The position numbers and the translations under genes are program-made. 32,000 bases of DNA from Opitutales bacterium (GTDB lineage: Bacteria; Verrucomicrobiota; Verrucomicrobiia; Opitutales; UBA9783), in assembly GCA_046881885.1 (NCBI GenBank), contig JBKSMP010000022.1:1-32000 (forward strand), given 5' to 3'. The notes below the pieces were generated by a model. That model was not told where the DNA came from and searched no databases. It saw only the letters and a program-made list of their open reading frames with translations. Shown here piece by piece: positions 26,777 through 32,000 of this stretch; positions within the stretch are counted from its first letter, which is position 1; every line of letters starts with the position of its first letter.

Positions 26777-27498
26777 AGCAAACCTGGCATTATCCTTGGG
26801 TATTTGCTTCAAATTTGTCAGAATGTACAGATGTTCTTCCTTTGTCTGAGGAAGAATTTCGGCATGTAGCGTTCGTTTTGCGCTGCAAAAATGATGAGTC
26901 TTTAGTGGCTTTTGATGGAAACGGTGGAGTACGTTTAGGAAAATTAGCTTTGACTTCAAAGCAAGGTTTCATCCAGTTTAAAGAGGGGTTTGAGAAAATT
27001 CCTCAACCACCCAAACAGTATAATTTGGTCCAATTTTTGCCCAATAATGTAGCCACTTTTGAAATCGTTTTACGAAAATGTTGCGAGTTGGGTATTCAGG
27101 CTATTTATACTGTTTTGGGCGAACGTTCAGAACGTAAGCAGTGGGTTCCTGAAGTTTGGAAAAAACGGGCCGATCGTTTTCAACGCATCTTAATTGAATC
27201 ATGTAAGCAAGCTAAGAATCCTTATTTACCGCAAATTCTCCCTCCGGAAACGATTTCAAGTATAAATTGGCAAGCATTGGGATGTTGTTTTTATGGTAGT
27301 TTGTATGGAAAGTCGTATCAGGGAATACAAGAAAGTTCAACCAATCTTTATTCGATTGTGGTTGGTCCTGAAGGCGGTTTTTCTGAAAATGAAGAATACT
27401 TTTTAAGTAAAGTTTCAACTGGAATTCATCTACCAACTTGCGTCTTACGTACCGAAACCGCTGTTGTTAGCTTAATTACAGCAGTCAAGTTAGGATAG
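26773..27498 (+). CDS. rsmE: 16S rRNA (uracil1498-N3)-methyltransferase RsmE
   Basis: The C-terminal SPOUT motifs are VVGPEGGFSENE and LRTETAVVS. The start forms an ATGA overlap with clpX. Confidence 0.85.
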   Translation: MKQTWHYPWVFASNLSECTDVLPLSEEEFRHVAFVLRCKNDESLVAFDGNGGVRLGKLALTSKQGFIQFKEGFEKIPQPPKQYNLVQFLPNNVATFEIVLRKCCELGIQAIYTVLGERSERKQWVPEVWKKRADRFQRILIESCKQAKNPYLPQILPPETISSINWQALGCCFYGSLYGKSYQGIQESSTNLYSIVVGPEGGFSENEEYFLSKVSTGIHLPTCVLRTETAVVSLITAVKLG

Positions 27499-27864
27499 AG
27501 ACTTTTGCAACCTTGCAATTTAAAACAAAAAAGTCCACAATACAAATACAGCATATATAAACTTAAAAAGCGAACACTATTTTTCTTCTCTAAAAAAGGT
27601 TTAAAAACCTTTTGAAAATAAACATCCTTCAAAAGTCTAAAATGGTTGTAAAGTGGAGCCGTAGTGAGGATTTTTAGAAATATTAGAATTCAATTTTTTT
27701 CTAAAACTTTTCTAACTTTTTTAATTTTCTTTAAAAACAATTTCCCATAAAAATTTTTAGGTTTTCGACTTTTGCAGGATGTTTAATATTATCCAATGTC
27801 ATTTTAACAATAAAAAATTAATTAAAAACTGGACATTTTATTAAAATCCAACTAATAAAAAGTC

Positions 27865-30498
27865 ATGCATGTCATCGATATTTCAATTATTATAAGTTTC
27901 CTTATAGCAACATTATATGTAGGTTTAAAATCTGGTAAAAATATAAAAACATTTAGCGATTATGCTATCGGTAATAGAAATTTTTCTGATTTTGCTATTT
28001 TTTGTACAGTAGCAGCTACTATTATCGGAGGAACGGTAACAATAGGAAATGTTGGGAAATTTTATGATGTTGGAATTAGTCAAATATTAGTACAAATTGG
28101 AGAACCTATTGCTTATATTTTGGTTGGCTTATTTTTGGCACGTCGTTTTGGAAATTATTATGGTTGTTGTTCTTTAGGCGATATGTTCCATAGATCCTAT
28201 GGAATGCCAGGGAAAATTTTAATAGGCATCATAGGAAGCCTGTACGAAATACTTGGTGTGGGATTACAATTTATAGCGATGGGGACAGGTATCAGCGTTT
28301 TAACAGGCCTTTCTTATATAAATAGCCTTTTAATTGCAGGTGGTATTATTCTCATTTATACGGGTCGTGGGGGCATACGTTCTGTAACATTTACAGATGT
28401 TTTGCAGTTTATAGTACTTATTGTAGCTATTCCTATTCTTTTGATAACAGTAATTACAAAAATTGGGGGCATACAAGTATTAATGGAGCAATTACCGCGA
28501 TCGCATGTAACCATTACAGGTGAAAATTTTCGACGATATATATTTTTAATGTTTCCTATGATGTTAATAACATTTTCACCGCATCATGTCCAACGTTTGT
28601 TAATGACTAAAAACTATGAGCAAGGAGCAAAGGCTTTTTTTAATTTAAGTTGGGTTTTTTCATTTGTAGTTATTATGGCCTTGTTTTTAGGTTTTTCAGC
28701 AAAAATTTTATTTCCCGGATTAACACGTCCTGATCAAGCTTTGCTTGTCTTAATGACAAATTATTTACCTGCAGGAATTTTTGGAATAGCTATGATTGGT
28801 ATTTTAGCTGTTTTAATGTCTACGGCAGACTCAAATATAAATAGTGGAAGTATTGTATTGGTTAACGATTTAATTATTCCTTATAAAAAATACATACAAA
28901 AAAAAGAATTATCAGAAGCTGAAAAATTAAAATATGCTCGTATTATTTCAGTATTTATAGGTTTTGCGGCTTTTATTTTTGCAAGTCAATGCACAAGTAT
29001 ATTTGAAACGAGAATTTTTATTCGTACCATATGGTTTTCTATTATTTTATCCCCGTTATATTTCCTTCTTTTTAATGTAAAAATTTCTGTTAAAGGACTT
29101 ATGTTAAGTGCTTTAATCGGCTTGTTTACATTTTCTTTTTGGAATGCAAATCTCAAACCAATTACACAAATTGATGGCCTATTCCCGGGATTTTTCGCAA
29201 ACATCATAACGGTACTTTTCTTTTATTTTTGGGGAGGTCGGCAGAAGGTATTTTCGAAGGAGGAATTAGCAAAGATGCGTCAAGCAGAGGCGTTGCAAAT
29301 CAAGAAGAAGCCGAGTGTACGTGATTTACAAATGCGCAATCATGTATTTTTAGGTTTATGTCTTGTATTTCTTCAATTGGTACCCTTGGTTTTTGAATTA
29401 AATGCATTAACTTATTCAAAGTTAATGTTAACACTTATAAACGGAATTTTAGCCATATTACTTATTTTTGGAGGATCCTTGGAGATTTTTGCAGCATCTA
29501 AGCACTTTCAATGGCTAAAGTTGACGATCTTATTCTTTTGCTTACCAGTTACGTCAGCTTATTTAGTGATAACATCTGCCGAAAATGGCCTGCATGTGTT
29601 AACTTTGTTGTTATCATTTGTTATAATGATTTTAAGCGTTAAGAAGAGGCAAGAAAGTAAAATTGCTTGGGTATGCGCGCTAACTGGTTTTATCACGGTT
29701 ATTACTTATTTTAAAATGGGATGCGAAATTTATTGGCCACATAGTTTTTCTATTCATCATTTGCTTTATTTGTTCGGATTTGTAGCTGTTTTATTGTTGC
29801 TAAGATCTAACATGAATATGTTGCGTATGGCTATTTATCAAGAACGTTACAACATGGCACGGAGCTTATCGCATGATTTGATGTCACCTTTGATGGCATT
29901 TCACATGCTTGTTGGGAACAAAAAGAAGATAGAATTGGATGAAAAAGAAAGTCAGCTCCTCAAAAATATTGCCAATGAAATGGGCAGTTACATTGATGAT
30001 TTTATTGTCGGCAGCTTAAAAGATCAGTCACAATTAAAGCTCGAAGACCTGAATCAATGTGTCCTCAGCTGCATCGAAAAACAAACGATTTTGAATAAAA
30101 ATCTAGAAATTCAATTGCAAGCGAAGGAGACAATTTTTGCACGCGTAGATGCGGTTCTTTTGCGCCGAATCATCAATAATCTCGTCAACGTTTGCCGGCA
30201 TGCATTACCGAACGGTTGCAACACGATCGTAATTGCCATCGACAACGATCCGCTCGGCAATACCCAAATCCTCTTGCAAGCTGCCAATGGTGATTTTTCC
30301 GCAAAAGCTCTTAAGGGGATGTTTATCGAGGATCAAAAATTAGGCGACGAAGTTGAACTCGGCATCAGCTTCCCTGAATTCCAAGATATTGTCGCTAAAT
30401 GGAACGGCAAGTTGGAACTTATTTCTCAAGATAATAACGCTATTATCCAAATCCTTCTCCCTAATAAGGATAACGATAAGCTGATCCAAAAAGCGTAA
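27865..30498 (+). CDS. Sodium:solute symporter domain fused to a second multi-TM block and a histidine-kinase-like C-terminus (paralogue 2, 877 aa)
   Basis: Colinear with the 17116..19752 protein; 42 of the first 60 residues are identical by hand count. SSS motifs are present (IYTGRGGIRSVTFTDVLQ, LAVLMSTADS). The H-box is ERYNMARSLSHDLMSPL, with the His codon at 29872-29874. The C-terminal domain is a degenerate HATPase_c-like domain. Confidence 0.8.
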   Translation: MHVIDISIIISFLIATLYVGLKSGKNIKTFSDYAIGNRNFSDFAIFCTVAATIIGGTVTIGNVGKFYDVGISQILVQIGEPIAYILVGLFLARRFGNYYGCCSLGDMFHRSYGMPGKILIGIIGSLYEILGVGLQFIAMGTGISVLTGLSYINSLLIAGGIILIYTGRGGIRSVTFTDVLQFIVLIVAIPILLITVITKIGGIQVLMEQLPRSHVTITGENFRRYIFLMFPMMLITFSPHHVQRLLMTKNYEQGAKAFFNLSWVFSFVVIMALFLGFSAKILFPGLTRPDQALLVLMTNYLPAGIFGIAMIGILAVLMSTADSNINSGSIVLVNDLIIPYKKYIQKKELSEAEKLKYARIISVFIGFAAFIFASQCTSIFETRIFIRTIWFSIILSPLYFLLFNVKISVKGLMLSALIGLFTFSFWNANLKPITQIDGLFPGFFANIITVLFFYFWGGRQKVFSKEELAKMRQAEALQIKKKPSVRDLQMRNHVFLGLCLVFLQLVPLVFELNALTYSKLMLTLINGILAILLIFGGSLEIFAASKHFQWLKLTILFFCLPVTSAYLVITSAENGLHVLTLLLSFVIMILSVKKRQESKIAWVCALTGFITVITYFKMGCEIYWPHSFSIHHLLYLFGFVAVLLLLRSNMNMLRMAIYQERYNMARSLSHDLMSPLMAFHMLVGNKKKIELDEKESQLLKNIANEMGSYIDDFIVGSLKDQSQLKLEDLNQCVLSCIEKQTILNKNLEIQLQAKETIFARVDAVLLRRIINNLVNVCRHALPNGCNTIVIAIDNDPLGNTQILLQAANGDFSAKALKGMFIEDQKLGDEVELGISFPEFQDIVAKWNGKLELISQDNNAIIQILLPNKDNDKLIQKA

Positions 30499-30527
30499 TC
30501 CTTTGTATTCATAGCCTTTTGAACCTT

Positions 30528-30555
30528 AAAAACCTGCTTCTAATGGCAGGTTTTT
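30528..30555. terminator. Rho-independent, potentially bidirectional terminator after SSS-HK paralogue 2
   Basis: AAAAACCTGC-ttctaatg-GCAGGTTTTT: a 5-bp GC-containing stem extended by A5/T5 arms, starting 30 nt after the stop codon. Confidence 0.7.
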
Positions 30556-30603
30556 AAGTAATAGTTTTTAAGCAAAATATCGAATAATTTTTGCCTATTC
30601 CAC

Positions 30604-31074
30604 TCAATTGAGAGATAATTGATATATGGGAACATTATCTTTGTAAAAAATATCGACAATGCGCAGTAATAGTTTAACGCCTAGAAACAAACAGCAAAGA
30701 TTTTCAAAAAACAGGCCCATGATGTGCAAGTTTTGGATCAAGTCTTGCGGTCCAAGTCCCAGCGCAGTAGTACCGATCTACGGATCTGTAAAATAGCGCG
30801 TACTACTAGTCCTTATGGCCGTTTTGAGCGAAAATTGGGATTTCACGCAGTCACTTCATCGATAAAAAATCTGTTTCAATACGGAAATATAAGTAGTAAC
30901 TGTGTAATCCGAGAACATTTTTAATTCATGGCTTGCTAGATCTCGACCGATTGACCGTAAATTCATTTGTGAGGCAATCGCTCGACGCAATTTCTTACTT
31001 CCCGTGTTGTATTCACGGTTGAAGTTGCAGGCATTTTTGAAAAAATCTTGAGAAGTTTTTGAGTCTGATTTCAT
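30604..31074 (-). pseudogene. Probable decayed gene: a 73-aa ORF (30856..31074/31077) whose reading frame continues through two in-frame stops to 30604
   Basis: The minus-strand frame of the 73-aa track ORF stays otherwise open past TGA (30856-30858) and TAG (30778-30780) to a TGA at 30604-30606. That is 157 codons in total. The segment SKKLRRAIASQMNLRSIGRDLAS is HTH-like. I recognise no family. Confidence 0.35.
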
Positions 31075-31080
31075 CAAAAC

Positions 31081-31386
31081 CTAATGTAAGCTTTTAAACG
31101 TGGCTGGGCCTTCATGTCCGGCAGTTTTTACATAGCATTGAGAAATCGGATCACGAACATATTTACTAAACCCATGTTGTTCAATGTTTTTGTCCGAAAG
31201 AAGTTTTTTCGTATGTCCTTCCGAATACCCTTTGGAAAGATTGGGGGCCGTATAAATACGTTCTAATTTGTAACCTGTTTTGGGATCCCTCTCCAAACTT
31301 TCCTTGTAGCTATGCTGAACTTCAATGACAGGACAATCTTTTCGAGCAGTTTCTGGGATACAAACACGATATTGATAAATAGGCAT
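31081..31386 (-). CDS. Small FmdB-like protein (MPIYxY N-terminus) lacking the usual CxxC zinc knuckles
   Basis: The track ORF 31081..31404 begins at a TTG; I prefer the ATG at 31386, which gives MPIYQYRVCIPETARKDCPVIEVQHS. The first six residues match the FmdB-family zinc-ribbon N-terminus, but the Cys pairs are absent. Its stop abuts the start of the next minus-strand ORF. Confidence 0.5.
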   Translation of the reverse strand: MPIYQYRVCIPETARKDCPVIEVQHSYKESLERDPKTGYKLERIYTAPNLSKGYSEGHTKKLLSDKNIEQHGFSKYVRDPISQCYVKTAGHEGPATFKSLH

Positions 31387-31532
31387 ACTTTTTATTTTAA
31401 TCAAAAATCAACCAATAGCAAGAGAAGACTTATTTGATTTCATGTTAGTTTTGTTGTAAATTCTTGGACAAAAAAATCAAAAATGCTTGATATTGAAAAA
31501 ATATTTTATTTTTTTAGGCATACACTTGTTTC

Positions 31533-31561
31533 TTGACAAAATGATTTAGGTTTTATAAAAT
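31533..31561 (+). promoter_or_regulatory. Near-consensus sigma70-type promoter
   Basis: TTGACA (31533-31538), a 17-nt spacer, then TAAAAT (31556-31561). Confidence 0.5.
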
Positions 31562-31569
31562 GATTAGGA

Positions 31570-32000
31570 GTGGGATTTATTCCAAAGGTTGGGAATGATA
31601 ATCGTGCCGTTAGTTATTCTCAAGCCTTTAATGCTCTTAGAAAAAGGGCACACGGCAAAAGAAATGTAGCAGTAAGTAAACGAACAGGTAGTATAACATC
31701 AAAAACAAAAATAAGTAGTAGAAGTTTTTCAAGTAAAGCAACATTGCGATCGCAAAGGAAAGTAGACACAAGAACTCCAAGTCAATTAAAAACGATTGTT
31801 AACCTTAGTGAAAGTCAACAAGTTTTCCATTCTTTGATTAGGCGTGGAACTATATCTACAGAAGCTAAAGCTGTTTATTCAGCAGCATTGGTTATACTTA
31901 GTGAAGTTAGTAGGTGTAAAGATTTTTCTGCTGCTAATATACAAAAGGCTATAAAGATTGGATTAAAGCAAGCAGCAACTACAACAGGCCTTAAGGGGTC
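31570..32000 (+). CDS. Hypothetical protein, 5' part only; basic, Ser/Lys/Thr-rich N-terminus; the ORF runs off the right edge
   Basis: Not in the track because it has no stop in the window. Hand translation from GTG 31570 gives VGFIPKVGNDNRAVSYSQAFNALRKRAHGKRNVAVSKRTGSITSKTKISSRSFSSKATLRSQRKVDTRTPSQLKTIVNLSESQQVFHSLIRRGTISTEAKAVYSAALVILSEV.... There is no stop in 143 codons. A TGA lies in frame at 31561-31563. The start codon is uncertain. Confidence 0.45.
   Translation, partial: MGFIPKVGNDNRAVSYSQAFNALRKRAHGKRNVAVSKRTGSITSKTKISSRSFSSKATLRSQRKVDTRTPSQLKTIVNLSESQQVFHSLIRRGTISTEAKAVYSAALVILSEVSRCKDFSAANIQKAIKIGLKQAATTTGLKG

Noticed and set aside
27426-27632. Minus-strand 68-aa ORF spanning the rsmE 3' end and the AT-rich intergenic region
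   Set aside because: It overlaps the rsmE coding sequence and a weak AT-rich palindrome (AAAAGGTT-TAAA-AACCTTTT, about 27593-27613) that looks more like a 3' hairpin. The translation is low-complexity.
17116-30498. Composite transposon bounded by the two inverted 2.6-kb paralogues
   Set aside because: The flanking genes encode transporter/kinase-like proteins, not transposases. They are substantially diverged, I see no terminal inverted repeats or target duplications, and the cargo is core housekeeping (tig-clpPX, rsmE, tRNA-Glu).
30700-30850. Possible small RNA gene (SRP/4.5S RNA near ffh, tmRNA, RNase P RNA) in GC-richer intergenic patches, also considered for 4740-4800
   Set aside because: I could not find the conserved SRP helix-8 motif (GGAA-tetraloop context GUCCGGAAGGAAGCAGC). 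I also found no tRNA-like 3' end or tag ORF of tmRNA, and no GAGGAAAGUCC box of RNase P RNA. The patch is better explained as part of a decayed ORF.
30724-30924. Plus-strand 66-aa ORF
   Set aside because: It has a non-ATG start, overlaps the minus-strand decayed frame, and has no motif or ribosome-binding site.

Overview
AT-rich (hand counts on sampled lines put it in the high-30s % GC) chromosomal segment from a diderm bacterium. I cannot place it taxonomically without a database search. About 25 kb is a conserved housekeeping backbone. It contains ffh-pgpA, an MBL hydrolase, an ArnT-like/ArnC-like glycosyltransferase pair, rpmH-rnpA-yidD-yidC, yebC, an RluA-like synthase, a class-II fumarase/aspartase, a CPBP protease, tsaE, ptsI, a small beta-barrel OMP, tRNA-Glu, tig-clpP-clpX and rsmE. 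Three parts are not ordinary. (1) The left edge (1-4477) carries a secreted beta-helical, filamentous-haemagglutinin/CdiA-like gene pair. The larger ORF is missing from the supplied ORF track because it runs off the window: 864 stop-free codons, translated by hand. The locus abuts an initiator-like tRNA-Met and lies downstream of a striking array of six TGTCACA heptamers. (2) Two diverged paralogues (878 and 877 aa) fuse a sodium:solute-symporter domain, a second block of about six TM helices, and a histidine-kinase-like tail. The phospho-accepting His box is intact but the ATP-binding boxes are eroded. They sit in inverted orientation around 8.1 kb of housekeeping genes, and no response regulator is present in the window. 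This is my best candidate for an undescribed signalling/transport system. (3) The right edge (30.6-32 kb) holds a decayed ORF with in-frame stops, an FmdB-like small protein lacking the zinc-ribbon cysteines, and a basic, Ser/Lys-rich ORF. That ORF starts directly behind a near-consensus promoter and runs off the window. I saw no CRISPR array, rRNA, intact transposase or integrase. All family assignments come from motif recognition by eye, not from searches.
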